Origin: Histomonas meleagridis 2922-C6/04-290x | Taxonomy: Eukaryota > Protista > Parabasalia | Direction: 5' to 3' | Length of the DNA: 64,000 nt | Assembly (NCBI GenBank): GCA_020184695.1 | Contig: JAANOX010000207.1 | Span: forward strand, 293,819-357,818 | Part shown: positions 42,709-52,568 of the stretch, one piece after another | How positions within the stretch are numbered: position 1 is the stretch's first letter | How the letters are laid out: every line of letters starts with the position of its first letter | Made by a program: the position numbers and the translations under genes | Notes under the pieces: model-generated | Told to the model about the DNA's origin: nothing | Database searches by the model: none | Seen by the model: only the letters and a program-made list of their open reading frames with translations

Positions 42709-45700
42709 TTATATTTTTGGTTGAGTAATTATCTGTTTTCTTGGTGTCAATGGTTTACTTCCATTTTTTGACGCGGTACTTCTGCTACTTCTGCTACTAC
42801 TTTTACTACTTACGCTTCTTTGCGATTTAATTTCCATTGGACCCAAATCACTTTTATTCGACAGCAAATTTCTTTTATTAATATTCGAAGTTGCAATTCC
42901 TCTTTTTGCGCTTGCATTACTTTTTATACTTCTCATACTACTTTTCGAGCTATTTACACTACTTCCATTTCTATTATTATTATTATTTCTAAGTTGTGGA
43001 ATCGCGGTGTGTATCACTCGATCTTTATCTTTATCTTTATTAACATCGAAATCAAATCCAATGCTAACAATCGAATTCCGACTTTTAGTCGAAGTCGAAG
43101 TTATATTACTTCTTTGCGAAGTATAACTTGTTTCACTTCGCACTGAAGCGTTCGAAGAAATGTTTCGAATTGAAGACGACGAATTTTTTATCGGAACATT
43201 TTGTAACTTAACTCCGATTTGTGATAATCCGATGTTGACTTTTGATTCGATTTCGTTATTATTTAAAGTGATCACTGATATATCTTTAATAATGGAATCG
43301 ATCAATGATTGTTTTGTCTTTATTTCGATATCCATTTCTAATGGCGTTGTTGGGTATTCCGAATGCAAAGGAATTCCTTCTTTTTTACGATGTAATTCTT
43401 TTGCTTTATTAAAACATATATTTGTTCTTTTAATTTTGTTTTGTAACTCATTATTTTCTTGTGCGTTTTTCTCAATTAATTTCATGATATTATTAATCTC
43501 ATTTTGCGTATTCGATATTATTTGTTGTCGTTCATTATACGCGTTTTGGATCGATTGATATTCTTCATTAACTAATCGTAACTCCGATTTCTTCGATGTT
43601 AACTTTTGTTGCGCAAGTTTCTTTTGTTCTTCTAATGTCTTCTTACGTTCAATATCATCTTCGTTTTCTGTCATCGTACGAAATGTCGTTCGGAATTTTG
43701 TGTTTTGCCCATTTAACTTTAACATCGTGTTCTCTAAAGCTCGAAGTTCTTGAATCGCAACTTTAATTTGTTCTTCAAGTTCATCGCCATAACGTGTAAT
43801 CTCTTCTCGTTCTTGTGCGAACTTAATGACGTGATAAGTTTGTGTAACTTCTTCGCCGTCGATTTTATATTTGCCCATAACAACGTCATATTTCGATGTT
43901 AACGCTTCCATTCGTTTCTTTCGTTCTTGTAATTCGATCACTGAGTTATGTCGCGCTTCTTCTTCTGTCTTGAGTTGTGTCTTAAGTGCAGCTAAATGTG
44001 AATCAATTTCAATCGCGCGTTCTTCCATTGATAATTGAAGTTGTTGTCGTCGATTTTCTAATGAAACTAATTCATCACATTTAATATTAAGTTGATCACT
44101 AAGTTTTTCAACTTGTAATCTCAACATATTAATCTGAACTAAAAAGGTCTCTTTTTGTGATCGAGCTTTAACAGTGGACTTGTCAAGTGAGTCTTGATCC
44201 ATTCGAAGCTCATTCATTTGGATATCAAGATCTTTTTCGGTTTTTTCTAAATCATTTTTTTGGCGTAAAGTTTGACGTAAATCTAGGTCAAGACGATTTA
44301 ATTGTTGCTCAATAACTTTGCCGGCGGATTGTTTGGCTTGAAGGATTTTGGATAATTGATCAATTTGCATTTGTAAATCAATTTTCTCTTCTTCGGTTCC
44401 ATCTCCTTCTATCCGTGAGATCTTTCGTTCCATTTGTTGTATTTGGAAATTAGAGTTATATAACTGTTCCATTTGCTTTTGAGTTTCTTGATCAAACTCT
44501 TGAATTCGTAATTGTAAATTTTTGGCTCGACTTTGTGACCCTTGAATCTCTGATAATAAGTTCTGCTCTTCTTTTCGTGCATTATATACTTCTTGACGTA
44601 ATTTAAACATATGATTTTTTTCAGATTCAATTTGTTTCTCTATTTGTTTAAGATTTTCTTCTTGCTTCTTTAAAAATTCATTAACAATACTCGTCTGTTC
44701 ATTTAATTCTTCGGTGGAATCTTTTTGGACTTTAAACGCATTTTCGGTTTCCGATAAAAGTTTGACGTAACGTTCTTTCTTTAAACGTTCTTCGTCGGTT
44801 TTCCTTTTGATTTCGGCTATTTCTTCATTATAAGCACGAATATCACTCTCTGCTTTATCAAGTTTGCCTCTTTGAGTTTCAACAACTTCTCGGAACTCAA
44901 TCAAGTTAGATGATTCTTCTTCATATTGTTTATGACTTTGAGAAACTTGATTGTTCCCAATTGTTAGTTTCCGTTCATATACTTTGTTGGCATTCTCGGC
45001 ATCTTCAAGGTTTTTCTTTCCTTCTTGAATTTTTTGGCGATATTTAGATACTTCTTCTTTTCGTAACTCAAAGCCTTCCGTCGACTTTTCGATTTGTTGG
45101 TTCAAGGATTGCATTTTTTGTAACGTTTGTTCCCATCTTTGTAATAAAGAAGCTCGTTCTTCATGCATTTTCCGAAATTGTTCTGCTGTGGTATCTAGCT
45201 CAACTTGAAGTGCTCGCGTGGCAGCAACTTCTTGCTCAAGTTCTGCTTTCTTTCCTTCGACAATTGCTGTGGATTTTTCGATTTCAAGAAGCATCGATTT
45301 AATTCGTGATTCATCCTCTTTTTGATATCTCTGTAAAACTAAGAAATCTTCTTCTTTGTCACGTGCTGCTTGGATCCATTGTGCAAGTTCTTCTTCATTT
45401 ACTTTGGTTTCCTCTTTAAATTTCTCGATTCTACGCTGTGATTGAAATGTTTTAGCTTCGATTTGACTGTTCTTTGATGCAATATCAGATGACTGTTGTT
45501 CAATTCTTGTAAGTTCACTTTGAATTTTACCTAATTCACGAAGACATAATTGTTTCATATGTTCTTCATTTTTTACTTCTTCTTCTTTTGCTGTAACAAG
45601 TTGTTGTGTTGTAGTTATTTCTATTTGCACATTCTTATAATGGTCTTGAATAACTTTAAGTCGATCTTTAAATTCTTCAACTTCTGATGTAGCTTTTTCA

Positions 45701-45798
45701 AGCTCTGCACTTATTTGAAGAATTGCCTTATGTTTCGCCTTACTTTCTTCATTTGCAAATTCTGGTAATTCTTCATAAAGATTTACACTTGGATCCAT
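42709..45798 (-). CDS. CCDC39: Axonemal ruler protein CCDC39 (FAP59) with a Ser/Arg/Asn-rich tail
   Basis: LPEFANEE N-terminus, EEDFLVLQRYQKEDESRIK, ERASLLQRWE, QEREEITRYGDELEEQIK and LRALENT motifs. Confidence 0.85.
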   Translation of the reverse strand: MDPSVNLYEELPEFANEESKAKHKAILQISAELEKATSEVEEFKDRLKVIQDHYKNVQIEITTTQQLVTAKEEEVKNEEHMKQLCLRELGKIQSELTRIEQQSSDIASKNSQIEAKTFQSQRRIEKFKEETKVNEEELAQWIQAARDKEEDFLVLQRYQKEDESRIKSMLLEIEKSTAIVEGKKAELEQEVAATRALQVELDTTAEQFRKMHEERASLLQRWEQTLQKMQSLNQQIEKSTEGFELRKEEVSKYRQKIQEGKKNLEDAENANKVYERKLTIGNNQVSQSHKQYEEESSNLIEFREVVETQRGKLDKAESDIRAYNEEIAEIKRKTDEERLKKERYVKLLSETENAFKVQKDSTEELNEQTSIVNEFLKKQEENLKQIEKQIESEKNHMFKLRQEVYNARKEEQNLLSEIQGSQSRAKNLQLRIQEFDQETQKQMEQLYNSNFQIQQMERKISRIEGDGTEEEKIDLQMQIDQLSKILQAKQSAGKVIEQQLNRLDLDLRQTLRQKNDLEKTEKDLDIQMNELRMDQDSLDKSTVKARSQKETFLVQINMLRLQVEKLSDQLNIKCDELVSLENRRQQLQLSMEERAIEIDSHLAALKTQLKTEEEARHNSVIELQERKKRMEALTSKYDVVMGKYKIDGEEVTQTYHVIKFAQEREEITRYGDELEEQIKVAIQELRALENTMLKLNGQNTKFRTTFRTMTENEDDIERKKTLEEQKKLAQQKLTSKKSELRLVNEEYQSIQNAYNERQQIISNTQNEINNIMKLIEKNAQENNELQNKIKRTNICFNKAKELHRKKEGIPLHSEYPTTPLEMDIEIKTKQSLIDSIIKDISVITLNNNEIESKVNIGLSQIGVKLQNVPIKNSSSSIRNISSNASVRSETSYTSQRSNITSTSTKSRNSIVSIGFDFDVNKDKDKDRVIHTAIPQLRNNNNNRNGSSVNSSKSSMRSIKSNASAKRGIATSNINKRNLLSNKSDLGPMEIKSQRSVSSKSSSRSSRSTASKNGSKPLTPRKQIITQPKI

Positions 45799-46063
45799 TT
45801 GATTTTTACGTTTTTAAGAATTCAAACGTACAAACGTTCAAATGCTGTCACTTTTATGATTTTATCTTGCTCAATGGAATTTGATCAAATTGTTATGTAG
45901 CTAATCAAAATACGTACACATTTTAAAAATCTATTATGTGGCTTTTTGTATAAATTTTTAATAAAAGATCTTGTAGAGATTATGATCATGACATTTCCAT
46001 ATATAAATATGAATTTAAAAAGAAATTTTATGTATTTATTTTTACTAAATCGCTTTATTATTA

Positions 46064-47795
46064 TTATATTTGATTTACAAATTTTTCTTCTTTAAAATCA
46101 TCCGCAAAAGGATCTTCTTTGATGTCTGACAATGTCGAACAATTGCCAATTGTATCTATTTCCGGTGTATTACATTCGCTTCTGTTTGATTCTTGTTTCA
46201 TTTCATTTGTTTTCTTTATCCGGAAGCGAATTAGAAATATAACTAACAACGCTATGACAATGATTACTCCAGTTGTTACACACACAGCAATGATAATGAT
46301 TATTGTTTTGGAATCATTTTGCTGTGAATCGCTTATATAAAAAAGTGTATAAAAATCGGAATAAAAAATATAAATTGTCGAATATGAAATTACAATGTAC
46401 TCATAGTAAATGAACGAAGAATGAAAATATGTAAACAATGAATGATATTGTGCATGAGTCTGTGAGTGTTGAATAGTAAATAGTTAATGTCTGCGTATGT
46501 AAAACTGTTTGTGTAACAATAAATGAATTAGAAAACGTAATTATACCTGAATCATTTGTTGTGAGATGCAATGATGCAGATGCTGTAAATGTATTAGATT
46601 TTGTATATGTATTTGATCGTATAAATGTGTTTGTTTTAGTGTATGTATTCGATTGTGAAAATGTGTATGTAATTATTGGCAAACAATCACCGGTTACGTC
46701 AGTGGTGACATTCAGCATTCCAAAATATGTATCTTTATATCCATTTAATACCATAACTGTTGTTGAAACGTTAAAAAAAGAGCTCTCGCCAATATATGGT
46801 TCGGATATTCCATAAAAATAAATACATTTTAGTTTGGAACATAGCCCAAATGCAGAACCCCCAATTTCCTTAACATTATTTCCAATGATAAGAGTTTCCA
46901 GATTAGAACAACTAGAAAAAGCAGAACCTCCAACAGATGTAACTGAGTATGGGATCGTGACATTTGTTAATTTTATGCATGATGAAAATGCAGAACCCCC
47001 AATTTCCTTAACATTATTTCCAATGATGAGAGTTTCCAAATTAGAACAACTAGAAAAAGCAGAACCTCCAATAGATGTAACTGAATCACCAATGTAAACA
47101 TTTCTAAGAACCGGCCACTCAAAGAATTCACCTGATAAAATTGAAGTCACATTGACGCCAATTATAACATCTGTGACGATACTTAAATTTTGATCAGTGA
47201 AATCGTTTTCGTTATAGATTAAAAGTGTTCCATTTTCAAAGAAAACTGATGATGCTAATGAAGTCATTATAAATATAAAAGGAAAATTTGTTGAAATTGA
47301 GTTTTCAGTTTTGTAAATTATTTTTATATAATCTGAAAATATTTTAGAAAAACATAAAAATATGGGTAGCAAATATAATATTAATAAAAGATATTTAGTG
47401 ACAAATCCATTTTCTAAGTATGCATTGAGATGAAGTAATAAATATGAATCTGTTGAAAAAATAGATGAGATTAAATGAACACAAAAGCTATACAATGAAG
47501 AGTTCAATTTACAAGCTAGTGATGAAAAGCAAAAAGAAATTAAGTTAAAGTAATAAAAATGATTTGATGAATCTAAAAAATTAGGAGGAATTACATCAAA
47601 ATCATCATAAAGATGAAATAGTTCTCCAACAGAGAGGTATGTGTGCTCTTTAGATATTGAAAAAGCATTGTTTTTGTTTTCTTGAACATTGAAAAATGAA
47701 TATTTATCAGAAAAAATTTTAGGAATAATACATGTGTTGCAAAAGTGGCACGAGTAGGTGGGAAATATTAAGCAAATAAGGAAAATGGTATACAT
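46064..47795 (-). CDS. BspA-type LRR surface protein with a Ser/Thr stalk, TM and DPFAxDF tail; frameshifted near 46430
   Basis: xIGGSAFSSC LRRs and SNTYTK repeats in ORF 46401-47795. The TM and cytosolic tail are in the overlapping ORF 46064-46438, offset by 1 nt. Confidence 0.7.
46848..47083. repeat. Recent 138-nt internal duplication (two LRR units) in the BspA gene
   Basis: 46848-46945 and 46986-47083 are near-identical; the period is 46 codons. Confidence 0.85.
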
Positions 47796-48415
47796 TTGAG
47801 TTGGTGAAAATAAGGTTTAAATAAATCAGTCAAAAGCAAAACACAATAACTGGCAGATGACAGCAGTCCCTATGCATTGGATGAAATGATTAAAATCTGT
47901 TTTTTTGGTTTTGAAACATAAAAAATATCGAAGAAAGCACGGCAACCAGATCCTTGTGATATTATTGAACGTATTCTATTTAACGGTTCTATTTAGTACA
48001 AGGGAAAAATTGCTTAAAGAGCAGAAAGTTGTGGGAGGTAATAGGCTTATGACCGTTATCTTTTGACTAATGTATAAACTTCTCATCTGCGAAGACAACT
48101 AACAGTATAAAGACATTCACTGTTTAGTTAAAATGCGTAGTAAATGATAAAAATATAAATTATATTTTAATTTAATTAAAGAATATCAGAAAATATTCTC
48201 ACAAGCATTTTCACCAACATAGTATAAAACGTATCCAATGATTTACCAATATTATAAATTATCTAAACTTAATAATTTTTTACCCCTTCTAAAGCTATCA
48301 CTAAATCAAATAGTTTTAATATTTTAACAAAAAGTAAAAATTTAAAGAAAATACAAACAAAAAAAAATAATTTCTAAATGGAATTTATCTCTAAATTTAT
48401 CTTTATTATATATAA

Positions 48416-49741
48416 TTATTTTTCTTGGAAATTTTGTTCATACGCATTATATGTAAAACCTTGAAATGCTTCTTGTGCCTCTTCTGGCACCAACGAGTCA
48501 TCTCCAAGTGAAACCGCATTTGGCATTTCAGTGAATTCCTCGTCAAAATTTGATGTATCTGTTTCGCTTTTAATTGTTGGTATATATTTTGGGCATGTTT
48601 TCTTATTCATTACATTTGTCCAATTTATTCCTGCAAAGAAACTGTGCCGTTTAATTTCTTCTGCATCTAATGGACCAGATCCTAATCTCTTTTTTGGGTC
48701 CTTTTGAAGCAATTTCTTGCACAGATCAACTGCTTCTGGACTCATATTTACTGGATATTCAATAGAGTCAAACATTATAGATCTGATCATTTTCTCAACA
48801 TTATCTGAATAGAATGGCTGACACCCTGTAAGCATTTCAAATAGCATAACCCCGAAGCTCCACCAGTCAACAGCGCGTGTATATGGCTGATGCTTGAATA
48901 CTTCAGGCGCAAGGTACTCTGGGGTGCCACAAAAAGTGGTGGTTGTCTGTCCTTCGGTTTTTATATTCAATTTTGAGAACCCGAAATCGGTTATCTTCAA
49001 GTGGCCATCTTCGTCAACAAGAATATTCTCAGGCTTAAGGTCTCGATATATAATTCCATGCTCGTGAAGATATGAAAGACCAAGTAAAATTTCAGCAGCA
49101 TATAATTTTGCTCTTTTTTCACAAAACTTATACTCATCTTGAAGAAGACGGAATAATTCACCTCCTGGAACATACTCAAGAACAATGAAGACTTTCTTTT
49201 CAGTTTGAAAGGCAAAAAATGCTTGAACTAGAAATGGATTTCGATTGTTAATAAGAATCTTTTTTTCATTAAAGATATGTTGGATTGACCCGTTTTCTGC
49301 AAGTTTGGCTTTGCTCATTGCTTTTAGGGCATATAGTTTACCATCTTTTTGATACCGTACCAAATAGACTTTTCCAAAAAAACCTTGTCCAATTGGTTTT
49401 ATAATTTGGAAATCTTCTAGGCTAACTTTCTTCTTATTCTGTTTAGGCTTAGTTAATATAGATGTAATAATTCCTACCCAATTTGAAAAATCTTGTTCAT
49501 TTTCTGCTCGATAAATTACTGATTCTCCACCATGATGCAAGCAAAAACAAAAAGGACAGCTTGGATCAGAAACGGTATTAAGTTTGAAAGTTCCGTTTAT
49601 AAAATAATATGATAATCTTTTTTTTGATTTTTCATCTGTATATTCTGTCATGATTCGCTTTTCTAACGAGTAGAAGAAGCGCCTCCAGGATTGAAGGATC
49701 CCTGTTTGTTTGTAGAGATATCCTGAGATTCTTTCAATCAT
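48416..49741 (-). CDS. PH-domain AGC kinase (Akt/PKB-like)
   Basis: PH domain (GYLYKQ..SWRRFF..W), GQGFFGKV, YRDLKPEN, DFG, TFCGTPEYLAPE, SNFDEEFT and a hydrophobic motif FQGFTY. ATG at 49741. Confidence 0.9.
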   Translation of the reverse strand: MIERISGYLYKQTGILQSWRRFFYSLEKRIMTEYTDEKSKKRLSYYFINGTFKLNTVSDPSCPFCFCLHHGGESVIYRAENEQDFSNWVGIITSILTKPKQNKKKVSLEDFQIIKPIGQGFFGKVYLVRYQKDGKLYALKAMSKAKLAENGSIQHIFNEKKILINNRNPFLVQAFFAFQTEKKVFIVLEYVPGGELFRLLQDEYKFCEKRAKLYAAEILLGLSYLHEHGIIYRDLKPENILVDEDGHLKITDFGFSKLNIKTEGQTTTTFCGTPEYLAPEVFKHQPYTRAVDWWSFGVMLFEMLTGCQPFYSDNVEKMIRSIMFDSIEYPVNMSPEAVDLCKKLLQKDPKKRLGSGPLDAEEIKRHSFFAGINWTNVMNKKTCPKYIPTIKSETDTSNFDEEFTEMPNAVSLGDDSLVPEEAQEAFQGFTYNAYEQNFQEK

Positions 49742-50207
49742 TTTGGTCGATCTGGGAACGTTAAGAACGTTAAGGATGTTACAGTTACTTAAACACAATT
49801 TTCAATTGAATTTATTCAAAACCAAATTTTTTTTAAAAATATTTTTTTCTCTGTTATTACATAATGAATATAATATTAATTATTATATATTCGCTTGCAA
49901 ATATATTGTTTTATCAATATTCTTGAAAATTTCGTTTGAATTCATTGGGACATATTGTTTCCTGAGTTTTTTTACTGATACAACCCAATCGTTTTTGTCC
50001 AAAATCATTCAAAAAATTGGACGTCGTAAACCAAAACGTTGCAGGATTTCGATTGAATATAAATCTTTCAATTTTGAATTGCTTTTTGTTCCGAATTTTT
50101 CGAACTTTTTGATCATATGGCAGAAAGAAACCCTTTTGCCAAGATTTTACGGTTTTAAACCCAGCCAAAGAAAAAAGTGGCAGAAAAATTTCGAAAACGA
50201 TATACAA

Positions 50208-50873
50208 ATGGAGCCAATATCAGACAACTCCTTGAGTCAAATTAATATCACAGTCGTGTTCAGTAACGGTAGGTCTTGTCAATTTATGGTAAAGCCAACA
50301 GACACAATTTCAAATCTAAAGAAATTGATTTATTCATATTCCAAATCACTCGATGTAACACCACAACAAAATACTTTGTTTTTGTATCAGGGAAAGTCAC
50401 TAGATAATTCATCTAAAATCGGTGATATTGAACCAGATCTTAAAAGTTTTGCAATTAATTGTTTCATACTATCAAAAGTACAAAAACAGAAAATCGAAGA
50501 AGCATCTCTTCCACAAGAATACATAGATTCTTCCTCAAGTTACTTATCAGATATATTTTGGAGTGATGATCAATCAGAAAGCTCAACATCTTACAACAGC
50601 AACTCTGACAGTGAATGGTTTTCTTCCATTTTTACAAATGATTTACCATTAGACGGATTATTTGGTCATGAAGATACAGAACCAGTTCTTACACAAAGAG
50701 CATCGAACAGAATTCACTCTATGGCATTGTTTATTTTGGGATTGGCTATAGGCTGTTTCTTTGGCATAGGTGCTCTTATCTTTTCAATTCTTACATATCG
50801 GAAAAAGATATTCCTTACGGGGACTCTACTTGGTGCTTGTTTTCATTATGTATCTAATATATTTTACTATTAA
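50208..50873 (+). CDS. Ubiquitin-like domain membrane protein (Dsc3-like architecture)
   Basis: UBL (ITVVFSNG..VKPTDTISNLK..FLYQGKSL), an acidic linker, and two C-terminal TM segments. Likely start ATG 50208. Confidence 0.7.
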   Translation: MEPISDNSLSQINITVVFSNGRSCQFMVKPTDTISNLKKLIYSYSKSLDVTPQQNTLFLYQGKSLDNSSKIGDIEPDLKSFAINCFILSKVQKQKIEEASLPQEYIDSSSSYLSDIFWSDDQSESSTSYNSNSDSEWFSSIFTNDLPLDGLFGHEDTEPVLTQRASNRIHSMALFILGLAIGCFFGIGALIFSILTYRKKIFLTGTLLGACFHYVSNIFYY

Positions 50874-50964
50874 TTTGTGAATAAATTACATTTATTTAGG
50901 AGAAAATTTTCTCTAAGCGACATGTGACATGAAACATGACGATACGAAACGTTTTCACTTTTCC

Positions 50965-52197
50965 TTATTTATAAACGGTCTCTATCAATTTTTGTATTTC
51001 TATTTTTTCTTCATCGCTTGCAAACTCATTTAATTTCTTTCCTAACTCATTAATTCCCAATTTCATATCTTGCTTTGCATTTCCATTAGCCAATTCTTGT
51101 AATGCCGGGATAAATAGCAAAGCTTCTCTTGGGAACCACCAAAGAAGTCTCACAAGAGATTTTATCTCTCTTATCAGCGCTTTGTTTCCACACAAGAAAG
51201 GGGCTTCAATGAGCCATTTAGCGAATATAGAAAGCAAGCATTTAAGCTCATTACGTTGGCAATCTCTTTTACCTTTTGCTGCTTTGAATATCGCAACACA
51301 TTCTTCCAGAATAGAATTGATATTTTTGAAATATTTATCGATATCTTCATCACTGAAGTTTTCTTCGTTGTCAAGAAGTGGTACCATTAAAAACTCAAGT
51401 AACTCACAAGATGCAGCTGATAACTCAGGGTTGATAAGTGAACCAATTTCTTGTGTAAAAGATACTTTTGGTGTTTCACCATGTTCAATTCTTTCTTTTG
51501 TTCTTTCATTTTGATCAAGTTCAAGATAATTTGGTGGAAGGTCTAATTGAAGTCTAAGTTCGATAAATGCAAGTCTTTCGGCCATTAAAAAATCATCGAA
51601 GTTTAATGTATTAGTTGAAGAAAATATCATGATAGAAGAATTAGTTCTACAGATGCGAGCTAATAAAACAAAAACTAAACGACGAAGTGACAAATCTTCA
51701 TGGCCAGTTAGAAGCTTGAATAGATTTGATCTGCCTCGGAAAACATCATTTGTTAACGAGCAGCCTTGACAGTTTTCAAATATTTTGATAAAGAATTCAA
51801 TTGAAGCTGTATTCAATTCATTGTACTTGAACAATGGGGAAATGTCTTTCATTTTTTGGCTGATGTTAATGAGAGTTTCTTCTGCTTCTGGTATATTTCT
51901 CATTTCTGAAAGAATTGGAATAAAACAAACAAGATCATCAGGAGGACAAATATTACAAAAAACTGACAAAATCATGAAAACTAAATTCTTGGTTTCATCT
52001 CCTTTTAAGGCTCTTTCGAGAAATTGGGTTGAACGCAAAGATGTCCAAATTTGATTTGCATATTTCGAATTTATCAACTCTTGTGGAGTTTTAAATATTC
52101 TTGTGAGATATGTTAAAGCTGCGAGTTTGTCGTTGTCGTCACTTGATTTTAGTTTTTTTATAATTTTCTTGGCTACTTTGTCAACTTCTTGGCTCAT
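50965..52197 (-). CDS. Neurochondrin-like ARM protein
   Basis: DDNDKLAALTYLT..FLERAL N-terminus and LSIFAKWLIE resemble neurochondrin motifs. Confidence 0.5.
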   Translation of the reverse strand: MSQEVDKVAKKIIKKLKSSDDNDKLAALTYLTRIFKTPQELINSKYANQIWTSLRSTQFLERALKGDETKNLVFMILSVFCNICPPDDLVCFIPILSEMRNIPEAEETLINISQKMKDISPLFKYNELNTASIEFFIKIFENCQGCSLTNDVFRGRSNLFKLLTGHEDLSLRRLVFVLLARICRTNSSIMIFSSTNTLNFDDFLMAERLAFIELRLQLDLPPNYLELDQNERTKERIEHGETPKVSFTQEIGSLINPELSAASCELLEFLMVPLLDNEENFSDEDIDKYFKNINSILEECVAIFKAAKGKRDCQRNELKCLLSIFAKWLIEAPFLCGNKALIREIKSLVRLLWWFPREALLFIPALQELANGNAKQDMKLGINELGKKLNEFASDEEKIEIQKLIETVYK

Positions 52198-52568
52198 TGC
52201 TTGTCACTTTTTATATTGAGGTTTAATTGACAATCACATAGAAAATATTGAATATTAATTTCATGCCGAACGTTAAAATGTACCAAATGTCTGTATTTTT
52301 AATTGCTTAATCATTAACAATAGAAATATGGAAATAAATTAATTGTGAACGAATCATTAATTTAAGAATATAATTTAGAGGAATTATTTTAAAAAAAATT
52401 AAAGTTTTTAAGAGGAAATTACTTCACAAGTAATTAAATTATTTCTTTCCGCTGCATCTTTAAAAAAGGAAAAAATAAATTATCACATAAAGAGAATATA
52501 TAAAAAAAAAAAATTAGCTTCCGTTTATGAATATTCGAAAATTACATATATTAAATTTAATAATAATA

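Noticed and set aside
46401-46438. Explaining the BspA frameshift by one 17-nt spacer
   Set aside because: The frames differ by 1 mod 3, while 17 is 2 mod 3, and no spacer-like pair is evident.
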